64,000 nt of DNA, taken from positions 375,348,001-375,412,000 of the forward strand of contig OZ024743.1 in assembly GCA_964016885.1 (NCBI GenBank). The letters are read 5' to 3'. Positions within the stretch are counted from its first letter, which is position 1. Each line of letters opens with the position of its first letter. This document shows, one piece after another, positions 1 to 14,063 of this stretch. Source of the stretch: Eledone cirrhosa. Taxonomy: Eukaryota. Position numbers and translations under genes: made by a program. A model generated the notes under the pieces. It had not been told where the DNA came from. It ran no database searches and was given only the letters and a program-made list of their open reading frames with translations.

Positions 1-139
1 CCACCAAGATACATTTACTCTATAAAATGTCTACAGCACCATCAAGACACATCCACCCTACAAAATGTCCACACCACCACCCAGACACATCCACTCTACA
101 AAATGTCCACACCACCACCAAGACACATTTAATCTATAA

Positions 140-500
140 AATGTCCACACCACCACCAAGACACATTAACGCTATAAATTGTCTACACCAGCATCAAGAC
201 ACATTCACTCTATAAAATGTCCACACCACCACCAAGACACATCCATTCTACACAATGTCTACACCACCACCAAGACACATCAACTCTACACAATGTCTAC
301 ACCACCACCAAGACACGTTCACTCTACAAAATGTCCACACCACCACCAAGACACATTAACGCTATAAATTGTCTACACCAGCATCAAGACACATTCACTC
401 TATAAAATGTCCACAGCACCACCAAGACACATCCACTCTACACAATGTCTACACCACCACCAAGACACATCCACTCTACACAATGTCTACACCACCACCA
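140..500 (+). repeat. 5-monomer (190-bp) local duplication
   Basis: gctataaattgtctacaccagcatcaagac at 171 and 361. Confidence 0.8.
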
Positions 501-1849
501 AGACACATCCACTCTACACAATGTCTACACCACCACCAAGACACATTCACTCTATAAAATGTCCACACCACCACCAAGACACATTCACTCTACAAAATGT
601 CCTCACAACCACCAAGACACATTCACTCTATAAAATGTCTACACCACCATCACGACACATGCACCCTACAAAATGTCCACACCACCACCAAGACACATTC
701 ACTCTACAAAATGTCCATACCATCACCAAGACACATCCACCCTTCAAAATGTCCACACCACCACCAAGAGAGATTCCCTCTACAAAATACCCACACCACC
801 ACCAAGACACATTCACTCTACAAAATGTCCACACCAACACCAAGACACATTTGCTCTACAAAATGTCCACAGCACCACCAAAACACATTCACTCTATAAA
901 GTGTCCACACCACCACCAAGAGAGATTCACTCTACAAAATATCCACACGACCACCAAGACACATCCACCCTACAAAATGTCCACATCTCCTCAAAGACAC
1001 ATTCACTCTACAAAATGTCCACACCACCACCAAGACACATTTACACTACAAAATGTCCTCATAACCACCAAGACACATTCACTCTACAAAATGTCTACAC
1101 CACCACCAAGACACATCCACCTTACAAAATGTCCACACCACCACCAAGACACATCCTCTCTACAAAATATCCACACCACCACCAAGACACATCCACTCTA
1201 CAAAATGTCCACACAACCATCAAGACACATCCACCCTACAAAATGTCCACACCACCACCAAGACACATACACCGTACAAAATGTCCACACCACCACCAAG
1301 AAAGATTTACTCTATACAATGTACACACCACCACCAAGACACATTCACCCTACAACATGTCCACACCACCACCAAGACACATTCACTCTACAAAATGTCC
1401 ACACCACCACCAAGACACATCCACCCTACAAAATCTCCATTCCACCGCCAAGACACATCTACCCTACAAAATATCCACACTACCACCAAGACACATCCAA
1501 TCTACAAAATGTCCACACCACCATCAAGACACATCTACCCTACAAAATATCCGCACCACCACCAAGACACATCCACCCTATAAAATGTCCACACCACCAC
1601 CAAGACACATTCACTCTATAAAATGTCCACACCACCACCAAGACACATTCACTCTATAAAATGTCTACACCACCACCAAGACACATTAACTCTATAAAAT
1701 GTCTACACCACCATCAAGTCACATTAACTCTATAAAATGTCCACACTTCCACCAAGACAAATCCACCCAACAAAATGTAAACACCACCACCTAGACGCAT
1801 CCACCCTACGAAATGTCTACACCACCACCAAGACACAATAACTCTATAA

Positions 1850-2150
1850 GATGTCGACGCCACCATCAAGACACATTAACACTATAAAATGTCTACCCCA
1901 CCACCAAGACACATTTACTGTATAAAATGTCCACACCACCACCAGGACACATTAACTCTATAAAATGTCCACACCACCACCAAGACACATTAACTCTATA
2001 AAATGTCGACGCCACCATCAAGACACATTAACACTATAAAATGTCTACCCCACCACCAAGACACATTTACTGTATAAAATGTCCACACCACCACCAAGAC
2101 ACATTAACTCTATAAAATGTCCACACCACCACCAAGACACATTTACTGTA
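1850..2150 (+). repeat. 4-monomer (152-bp) local duplication
   Basis: atgtcgacgccaccatcaag...gtctacccca...tttactgtat begins at 1851 and 2003. Confidence 0.8.
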
Positions 2151-3859
2151 TAAAATGTCCACACCACCACCAAGACACATTAACTCTATAAAATGTCTAC
2201 ACCACCACCAAGACACATTTACTGTATAAAATGTCCACACCACCAACAAGACACATTAACTCTATAAAATGTCCACACCACCACCAAGACACATTAACTC
2301 TATAAAATGTCTACACCACCACCAAGACACATTTACTGTATAAAATGTCCACACCACCACCAAGACACATTAACTCTATAAAATGTCCACACCACCACCA
2401 AGACACATTAACTCTATAAAATGTCCACACCACCACCAAGACACATTCACACTATAAAATGTCCACACCACCACCAAGACACATTAACTCTATAAAATTT
2501 CCACATCACCACCAAGGCACATCCATCATACAAAATGTCACAACCATCACCAAGACACATTCACTCTATAAAATGTCCACACCATCACCAAGACACATTT
2601 ACTCTATAAATTGTCTACACCAGCACCACGACACATTAACTCTATAAAATGTCTACACCACCACCAAGACACATTAACTCTATAAAATGTCCACACCACC
2701 ACAAAGGCACATCCGCCCTGCAAAATGTCCATGCAACCACCAACACACATTTACACTACAAAATGTCCACACAACCACCAAGACATATTCACTCTACAAA
2801 ATGTCCACACCACCACCAGACACATCCACCCTACAAAATGTCCACACAACCACCAGACACATCCACCCTACAAAATGTCCACACCACGACCAAGACACAT
2901 TCACTCTACAAAATGTCCACACCACCACCAAGATACATTAACTCTATAAAATGTCCACACCACCACCAAGAAATATTTACTCTATAAAATGTCCACACCA
3001 CCACCAAGACACATCTACCCTACAAAATGTCCACACCACCACCAAGACACATCCACTCTACAAAATGTCCACACCACCACCAAGACACATCCACCCTACA
3101 AAATGTCCACACCACCACCAAGACACATCCACCCAACAAAATGTCCACTCCACCACCAAGACACATTCACTCTACAAAATGTCCACACCACCACCAAGAC
3201 ACATCCATCCTACAAAATGTCCACACCACCACAAAGACAGATCCACCCTACAAAATGTCTACACCACCACCAAGACACATTAATTCTATAAAATGTCTAC
3301 ACCACCATCAAGACACATTCACTCTATAAAATGTCTACACCACCACCAAGACACATTATTTCTATAAAATGTCTACACCACCATCATGACACATTCACTC
3401 TATAAAATGTCTACACCACCATCAAGACACATCCACCCTACAAAATGTCCACACCACCACCAAGACACAGCCACCCTACAAAATGTCCACACCACCACCA
3501 AGACACATCCACTCTACAAAATGCCCACACAACCACCAAGACACATTAACTCCATAAAATGTCCACACCACCACCAAGAAACATTTGCTCTACAAAATGT
3601 CCACATCACCACCAAGACACATTAACTCTATAAAATGTCTACACCAACATCAAGACACATTAACTCTATAAAATGTCCACAGCACCACCAATACACATTC
3701 ACACTATAAAATGTCTACACCACCACCAAGACACATTAACTCTATAAAATGTCTACACCACCACCAAGACACATTAACTCTATAAAATGTCCACCCCACA
3801 ACCAAGACACATTAACTCTATAAAATGTTTACACCACCACCAAGACACATTCACACTAT

Positions 3860-5670
3860 AAAATGTCTACACCACCACCAAGACACATTAACTCTATAAA
3901 ATGTCTACACCACCACCAAGACACATTAATTCTATAAAATGTTCACACAACAAACAAGACACATTAACTCTATAAAATGTCCACACCACCACCAAGACAC
4001 ATTAACTCTATAAAATGTTTACACCACCACCAAGACACATTCACACTATAAAATGTCTACACCACCACCAAGACACATTCACCCTATAAAATGTCAACAC
4101 CACCACAAAGTCACATTTCCTCTATAAAATGTCTACACCACCACCAAGACACATTAACTCTATAAAATGTCTACACCACCACCAAGACACATTAACTCTA
4201 TAAAATGTCTACACCACCACCAAGACACATTAACTCTATAAAATGTCTACGCCACCACCAGGACACATTAACTCTATAAAATGTCCACACCACCACGAAG
4301 ACACATTAATTCTATGAAATGTCTACACCACCACCAAGACACATTAACTCTATAAAATGTCTACACCACCACCAAGACACATTAACTCTATAAAATGTCT
4401 ACGCCACCACCAGGACACATTAACTCTATAAAATGTCCACACCACCACGAAGACACATTAATTCTATAAAATGTCCACACCACCACCAAGACACATTCAC
4501 TATATAAAATGTCTACACCACCACCAAGACACATTCACTATATAAAATGTCCACACCACCACCAAGACACAATCACTCTATAAAATGTCCACACCACCAA
4601 TAAGACACATTCACTCTATAAAATGTCTACACCACCACCAAGACACATTAACTCTATAAAATGTCTACACCACCACCAAGACACATTCACACTATAAAAT
4701 GTCTACACCACCACCAAGACACAATCACTCTATAAAATGTCAACACCACCACAAAGTCACATTTCCTCTATAAAATGTCTACACCACCACCAAGACACAT
4801 TAACTCTATAAAATGTCTACACCACCACCAAGACACATTCACACTATAAAATGTCTACACCACCACCATGACACATTAACTCTATAAAATGTCTACACCA
4901 CCACCAAGACACATTAACTCTATAAAATGTCTACACTACCACCAAGACACATTAATTCTATAAAATGTTCACGCAACAACCAAGACACATTAACTCTATA
5001 AAATGTCCACACCACCACCAAGACACATTAACTCTATAAAATGTTTACACCACCACCAAGACACATTCACACTATAAAATGTCTACACCACCACCAAGAC
5101 ACATTCACCCTATAAAATGTCAACACCACCACAAAGTCACATTTCCTCTATAAAATGTCTACACCACCACCAAGACACATTAACTCTATAAAATGTCTAC
5201 ACCACCACCAAGACACATTAACTCTATAAAATGTCTACACCACCACCAAGACACATTAACTCTATAAAATGTCTACACCACCACCAAGACACATATAACT
5301 CTATAAAATGTCTACACCACCACCAGGACACATTAACTCTATAAAATGTCCACACCACCACGAAGACACATTAATTCTATGAAATGTCTACACCACCACC
5401 AAGACACATTAACTCTATAAAATGTCTACACCACCACCAAGACACATTAACTCTATAAAATGTCTACGCCACCACCAGGACACATTAACTCTATAAAATG
5501 TCCACACCACCACGAAGACACATTAATTCTATAAAATGTCCACACCACCACCAAGACACATTCACTATATAAAATGTCTACACCACCACCAAGACACATT
5601 CACTATATAAAATGTCTACACCACCACCAAGACACAATCACTCTATAAAATGTCCACACCACCACCAAGA
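3860..5670 (+). repeat. Imperfect ~1,026-1,065-bp (27-28-monomer) duplication
   Basis: gtcaacaccaccacaaagtcacatttcc at 4093 and 5119 (1026 = 27x38), plus a third copy at 4739. The G of ctatgaaatg lies at 4316/5381 (1065 = 28x38+1). Confidence 0.75.
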
Positions 5671-8600
5671 CACATTCACACTATAAAATGTCTACACCAC
5701 CACCAAGACACATTAACTATATAAAATGTCCACACCACCACCAAGACACATTAACTCTATAAAATGTCCACAACACCACCAAGACACATTAACTCTATAA
5801 AATGTTTACACCACCACCAAGTCACATTAACTCTATAAAATGTCTACACCACAACCAAGACACATTAACTCTATAAAATGTTTACACCACCACCAAGACA
5901 CATTAACACTATAAAATGTCCACACCACCACCAAGATACATTAACTCTATAAAATGTTTACACCACCACCAAGACACATTAACTCTATAAAATGTCCACA
6001 CCACCACCAAGACACGTTCACACTATAAAATGTCTACACCACCACCAAGACACATTAACTCTATAAAATGGCCACACCACCACCAAGACACATTAACTCT
6101 ATAAAATGTCCACACCACCAAAAGGACACATTAACTCTATATAATGTTTACACCACCACCAAGACATATTTATTCTATAAAATGTTTACACCACCACCAA
6201 CACATATTTATTCTATAAAATGTCTACACCACAACCAAGACACATCCACCCTACAAAATGTCCACACCACCACAAAGACAGATCCACCCTACAAAATGTC
6301 TACAGCACCACCAAGACACATTTACTCTATAAAATGGCCACACCGCCATTAAGACACATTCACTCTATAAAATGTCTACACCACCACCAAGACACATTTA
6401 CTCTACAAAATGTCCACACCACCACCAAGACACATTAACTCTATAAAATGTATACACCACCACCAAGACACAATCACTCTACAAAATGTCCACACCCACA
6501 CCAAGACGCATTTACTCTACAAAATATCCACAGTACCACCAAGACACATCCACCCTACAAAATGTCCACACCACCACCAAGATACATCCCCCCTATAAAA
6601 TATCCACACCACCACCAAGACACATCCACCCTACAAAATGTCCACATCACCAACAAGACACATCCACTCTACAAAATGCCCACACAACCACCAAGACACA
6701 TGAACTCCATAAAATGTCCACACCACCACCAAGATACATTTACTCTACAAAATGTCCACATCTCCACCAAGACACATTAACTCGATAAAATGTCTACACC
6801 AACATCAAGACACATTAACTCTATAAAATGTCCACACCACCACCAAGACACATTCACACTATAAAATGTCTACACCACCACCAAGACACATTAACTCTAT
6901 AAAATGTCTACACCACCACCAAGACACATTATCTCTATAAAATGTCCACACCACAACCATGACACATTAACTCTATAAAATGTTTACACCACCACCAAGA
7001 CACATTCACACTATAAAATGTCTACACCACTACCAAGACACATTCACACTATAAAATGTCTACACCACCACCAAGACACATTAACTCTATAAAATGTCTA
7101 CACCACCACCAAGACACATTCACTCTATAAAATGTCCACACCACAACCAAGACACATTAACTCTATAAAATGTTTACACCACCACCAAGACACATTCACA
7201 CTATAAAATGTCTACACCACCACCAAGACACATTCACCCTATAAATTGTCCACACCACCACGAAGACACATTAACTCTATAAAATGTCCACACCACCACC
7301 AAGACACATTAACTCTATAAAATGTCTACACCACCATCAAGACACATCCACCCGACAAAATGTCAACACCACCACCAAGTCACATTTCCTCTATAAAATG
7401 TCCACACCACCACCAAGACACATTCACTCTATAAAATGTCTACACCACCACGAAGACACATTAACTCTATAAAATGTCCACACCACCACCAAGACATATT
7501 AACTCTATAAAATGTTTACACCACCACCAAGACACATTAACTCTATAAAATATCCACACCACCACCAAGACACATTAACTCTATAAAAGGTCTACGCCAC
7601 CACCAAGACACATTAACTCTATAAAATGTCCACACCACCACGAAAACACGTTAATTCTATAAAATGCCTAAGCCACCACTAAGACACATTAACTCTATAA
7701 AATGTCCACACCACCACGAAGACACATTAATTCTATAAAATGTCCACACCACCACCAAGACACATTCACTATATAAAATGTCTACACCACCACCAAGACA
7801 CATTCACTATATAAAATGTCTACACCACCACCAAGACACAATCACTCTATAAAATGTCCACACCACCACTAAGACACATTCACACTATAAAATGTCTGCA
7901 CCACCACCAAGACACATTAACTATATAAAATGTCCACAACACCACCAAGACACATTAACTCAATAAAATGTTTACACCACCACCAAGATACATTAACTCG
8001 ATAAAATGTCCACACCACCACCAAGACACATTAACTCTATAAAATGTTTACACCACCACCAAGACACATTAACTCTATAAAATGTCCACACCACCACCAA
8101 GACACCTTCACACTATAAAATGTCTACACCACCACCAAGACACATTAACTCTATAAAATGTCCACACCACCACCAAGACACATTAACTCTATAAAATGTC
8201 CACACCACCACCAAGACACATTAACTCTATATAATGTTTACACCACCACCAAGACACATTTATTCTATAAAATGTCTACACCACCACCAAGACACATCCA
8301 CCCTACAAAATGTCTACACCACCACAAAGACAGATCCACCCTACAAAATGTCTACACCACCACCAAGACACATTTACTCTATAAAATGGCCACACCGCCA
8401 TCAAGACACATTCACTCTGTAAAATGTCTACACCACCACCAAGACACATTTACTCTACAAAATGTCCACACCACCACCAAGACACATTAACTCTATAAAA
8501 TGTATACACCACCACCAAGACACAATCACTCTACAAAATGTCCACACCCACACCAAGACGCATTTACTCTACAAAATATCCACAGTACCACCAAGACACA

Positions 8601-10257
8601 TCCACCCTACAAAATGTCCACACCACGACCAAGATACATCCCCCCTATAAAATATCCACACCACCACCAAGACACATCCACCCTACAAAATGTCCACATC
8701 ACCACCAAGACACAATCACTCTACAAAATGTCCACACCACCACCAAGACATATTAACTCTATAAAATGTCTACACCACCACCAAGACACATTAATTCTAT
8801 AAAATGTCTACACCACCATCAAGACACATTAACTCTATAAAATGTCCACACCACCATCAAGACACAATAACTCTATAAAATGTCTACACCACCACTAAGA
8901 CACATTAACTCTATAAAATGTCCACACCACCACGAAGACACATTAATTCTATGAAATGTCCACACCACCACCAAGACACATTGACTATATAAAATGTCTA
9001 CACCACCACCAAGACACATTCACTATATAAAATGTCTACACCACCACCAAGACACATTCACTCTATAAAATGTCCACACCACCACCAGGACACATTCACA
9101 CTATAAAATGTCTACACCACCACCAAGACACATTAACTATATAAAATGTCCACACTACCACCAAGACACATTCACTCTATAAAATGTCCACACATACACC
9201 AAGAAACATTTACTCTATAAAATGTCCACACCACCACCAAGACACATCTACCCTACAAAATGTCCACACCACCACCAAGACACATTCACTCTACAAAATG
9301 TCCACACCACCACCAAGACACATCCGCCCTACAAAATGTCCACACCACCACCAAGACACATCCACCCAACAAAATGTCCACACCACCACCAAGACACATT
9401 CACTCTACAAAATGTCCACACCAAGACACATTAACTCTATAAAATGTCTACACCACCACCAAGACACATTCACTCTATAAAATGTCCACACCACCATCAA
9501 GACACATTCACTCTATAAAATGACCACACAACCACCAAGACACATTCACTCTTCAAAATGTCCACACCACCACCAAGACACATCGACGCTACAAAATGTC
9601 CACATCACCACCAAGACACATTCACTCTATAAAATGTCCACACCACCACAAAGACAGATCCACTCTACAAAATGTCCACACCACCACCAAGACGCATCCA
9701 CCCTACAAAATGTCCTCACAACCAGCAAGACACATCCACTCTACAAAATCTCCACATCACCACCAAAATACATTCACTCTATAAAATGTCCACACCGCCA
9801 CAAAGACAGATCCACTCTACAAAATGACCACACCACCACCAAGACGCATCCACCCTACAAAATGTCCTCACAACCACCAAGACACATTCACTCTACAAAA
9901 TGTCTACACCACCACCAAGACACATTCACTCTATAAAATGTCCACACCACCACCAAGACACATTCAGTCTATAAATTGTCTACACCACAACAAGACACAT
10001 TAACTCTATTAAATGTCCACCACACCATCAAGACACATTTACTCTATAAAATGTCCACACCACCACCAAGACACATTTACTCTATAATATGTCTACACCA
10101 CCATCAAGACACATTCACTCTATAAAATGTCTACACCACCATAAAGACACATCAATCCTACAAAATGTCCGCACCACCACCAAGTCACATTTACTCTATA
10201 AAAGGTCTACACCACCATCAAGAAACATTGACTCTATAAAATGTCCACACCACCAAC

Positions 10258-13200
10258 AAGACACATCCACCATACAAAATGTCCACACCACCAGCAAGAC
10301 ACATTTATTCTATAAAATGTCTACACCACCACGAAGACACATCCACGCTACAAAATGTCTTCACCACCACCAAGACACATCCACCCTACAAAATGTCTAC
10401 ACCACCACCAAGACACATTTACTCTATAAAATGTCTACACCACCACCAAGACACATCCACCCTACAAAATGTCCACACCACCACCAAGACACATTAACTC
10501 TATAAAATGTCCACAACACCACCAAGACACATTAACTCTATAAAATGTTTACACCACCACCAAGATACATTAACTCGATAAAATGTCCACACCACCACCA
10601 AGACACATTAACTCTATAAAATGTTTACACCACCACCAAGACACATTAACTCTATAAAATGTCCACACCACCACCAAGACACGTTCACACTATAAAATGT
10701 CTACACCACCACCAAGACACATTAACTCTATAAAATGTCCACACCACCACCAAGACACATTCACTCTATAAAATGTCCACACCACCACCAAGACACATTA
10801 ACTCTATATAATGTTTACACCACCACCAAGACACATTTATTCTATAAAATGTCTACACCACCACCAAGACACATCCACCCTACAAAATGTCTACACCACC
10901 ACAAAGACAGATCCACCCTACGAAATGTCTACACCACCACCAATACACATTTACTCTATAAAATGGCCACACCGCCATCAAAACACATTCACTCTGTAAA
11001 ATGTCTACACCACCACCAAGACACATTTACTCTACAAAATGTCCACACCACCACCAAGACACATTAACTCTATAAAATGTATACACCACCACCAAGACAC
11101 AATCACTCTACAAAATGTCCACACCCACACCAAGACGCATTTACTCTACAAAATATCCACAGTACCACCAAGACACATCCACCCTACAAAATGTCCACAT
11201 CACCACCAAGACACAATCACTCTACAAAATGTCCACACCACCACCAAGACATATTAACTCTATAAAATGTCTACACCACCACCAAGACACATTAATTCTA
11301 TAAAATGTCTACACCACCATCAAGTCACATTAACTCTATAAAATGTCCACACCACCATCAAGACACAATAACTCTATAAAATGTCTACACCACCACTAAG
11401 ACACATTAACTCTATAAAATGTCCACACCACCACGAAGACACATTAATTCTATGAAATGTCCACACCACCACCAAGACACATTCACTATATAAAATGTCT
11501 ACACCACCACCAAGACACATTCACTATATAAAATGTCTACACCACCACCAAGACACATTCACTCTATAAAATGTCCACACCACCACCAAGACACATTCAC
11601 ACTATAAAATGTCTACACCACCACCAAGACACATTAACTATATAAAATGTCCACACCACCACCAAGACACATTCACTCTATAAAATGTCCACACAACCAC
11701 CAAGAAACATTTACTCTATAAAATGTCCACACCACCACCAAGACACATCTACCCTACAAAATGTCCACACCACCACCAAGACACATTCACTCTACAAAAT
11801 GTCCACACCACCACCAAGCCACATCCGCCCTACAAAATGTCCACACCACCACCAAGACACATCCACCCAACAAAATGTCCACACCACCACCAAGACACAT
11901 TCACTCTACAAAATGTCCACACCACCACCAAGACACATTAACTCTATAAAATGTCTACACCACCACCAAGACACATTCACTCTATAAAATGTCCACACCA
12001 CCATCAAGACACATTCACTCTATAAAATGTCCACACAACCACCAAGACACATTCACTCTTCAAAATGTCCACACCACCACCAAGACACATCGACGCTACA
12101 AAATGTCCTCACAACCACCAAGACACATCCACTCTATAAAATGTCCACACCACCACAAAGACACATCCACCATACAAAATGTCCACACCACCAGCAAGAC
12201 ACATTTATTCTATAAAATGTCTACACCACCACGAAGACACATCCACGCTACAAAATGTCTTCACCACCACCAAGACACATCCACCCTACAAAATGTCTAC
12301 ACCACCACCAAGACACATTTACTCTATAAAATGTCTACACCACCACCAAGACACATCCACCCTACAAAATGTCCACACCACCACCAAGACACATTAACTC
12401 TATAAAATGTCCACAACACCACCAAGACACATTAACTCTATAAAATGTTTACACCACCACCAAGATACATTAACTCGATAAAATGTCCACACCACCACCA
12501 AGACACATTAACTCTATAAAATGTTTACACCACCACCAAGACACATTAACTCTATAAAATGTCCACACCACCACCAAGACACGTTCACACTATAAAATGT
12601 CTACACCACCACCAAGACACATTAACTCTATAAAATGTCCACACCACCACCAAGACACATTAACTCTATAAAATGTCCACACCACCACCAAGACACATTA
12701 ACTCTATATAATGTTTACACCACCACCAAGACACATTTATTCTATAAAATGTCTACACCACCACCAAGACACATCCACCCTACAAAATGTCTACACCACC
12801 ACAAAGACAGATCCACCCTACGAAATGTCTACACCACCACCAATACACATTTACTCTATAAAATGGCCACACCGCCATCAAGACACATTCACTCTGTAAA
12901 ATGTCTACACCACCACCAAGACACATTTACTCTACAAAATGTCCACACCACCACCAAGACACATTAACTCTATAAAATGTATACACCACCACCAAGACAC
13001 AATCACTCTACAAAATGTCCACACCCACACCAAGACGCATTTACTCTACAAAATATCCACAGTACCACCAAGACACATCCACCCTACAAAATGTCCACAT
13101 CACCACCAAGACACAATCACTCTACAAAATGTCCACACCACCACCAAGACATATTAACTCTATAAAATGTCTACACCACCACCAAGACACATTAATTCTA

Positions 13201-14063
13201 TAAAATGTCTACACCACCATCAAGACACATTAACTCTATAAAATGTCCACACCACCATCAAGACACAATAACTCTATAAAATGTCTACACCACCACTAAG
13301 ACACATTAACTCTATAAAATGTCCACACCACCACGAAGACACATTAATTCTATGAAATGTCCACACCACCACCAAGACACATTCACTATATAAAATGTCT
13401 ACACCACCACCAAGACACATTCACTATATAAAATGTCTACACCACCACCAAGACACATTCACTCTATAAAATGTCCACACCACCACCAAGACACATTCAC
13501 ACTATAAAATGTCTACACCACCACTAAGACACATTAACTATATAAAATGTCCACACCACCACCAAGACACATTCACTCTATAAAATGTCCACACAACCAC
13601 CAAGAAACATTTACTCTATAAAATGTCCACACCACCACCAAGACACATCTACCCTACAAAATGTCCACACCACCACCAAGACACATTCACTCTACAAAAT
13701 GTCCACACCACCACCAAGCCACATCCGCCCTACAAAATGTCCACACCACCACCAAGACACATCCACCCAACAAAATGTCCACACCACCACCAAGACACAT
13801 TCACTCTACAAAATGTCCACACCACCACCAAGACACATTAACTCTATAAAATGTCTACACCACCACCAAGACACATTCACTCTATAAAATGTCCACACCA
13901 CCATCAAGACACATTCACTCTATAAAATGTCCACACAACCACCAAGACACATTCACTCTTCAAAATGTCCACACCACCACCAAGACACATCGACGCTACA
14001 AAATGTCCTCACAACCACCAAGACACATCCACTCTATAAAATGTCCACACCACCACAAAGACA
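10258..14063 (+). repeat. Tandem duplication of a 1,900-bp (50-monomer) higher-order unit
   Basis: ORF pairs 10735/12635, 11039/12939, 11685/13585 and 11989/13889 all differ by 1900 = 50x38. The junction is near 12160 (caccacaaag|acacatccaccatac). Confidence 0.92.

Noticed and set aside
6490-6502. CCACACCCACACC resembling budding-yeast telomeric/Rap1 sequence
   Set aside because: It is a rare variant of the CCA tract. There is no canonical telomeric repeat, and the array length and higher-order structure do not fit telomerase synthesis.
10288-10295. E. coli Chi site (CCACCAGC = GCTGGTGG on the minus strand) and Chi-like GGTGGTGG in each monomer
   Set aside because: It is one substitution away from the CCA tract, and RecBCD-type Chi recognition is not relevant to an apparently eukaryotic satellite.
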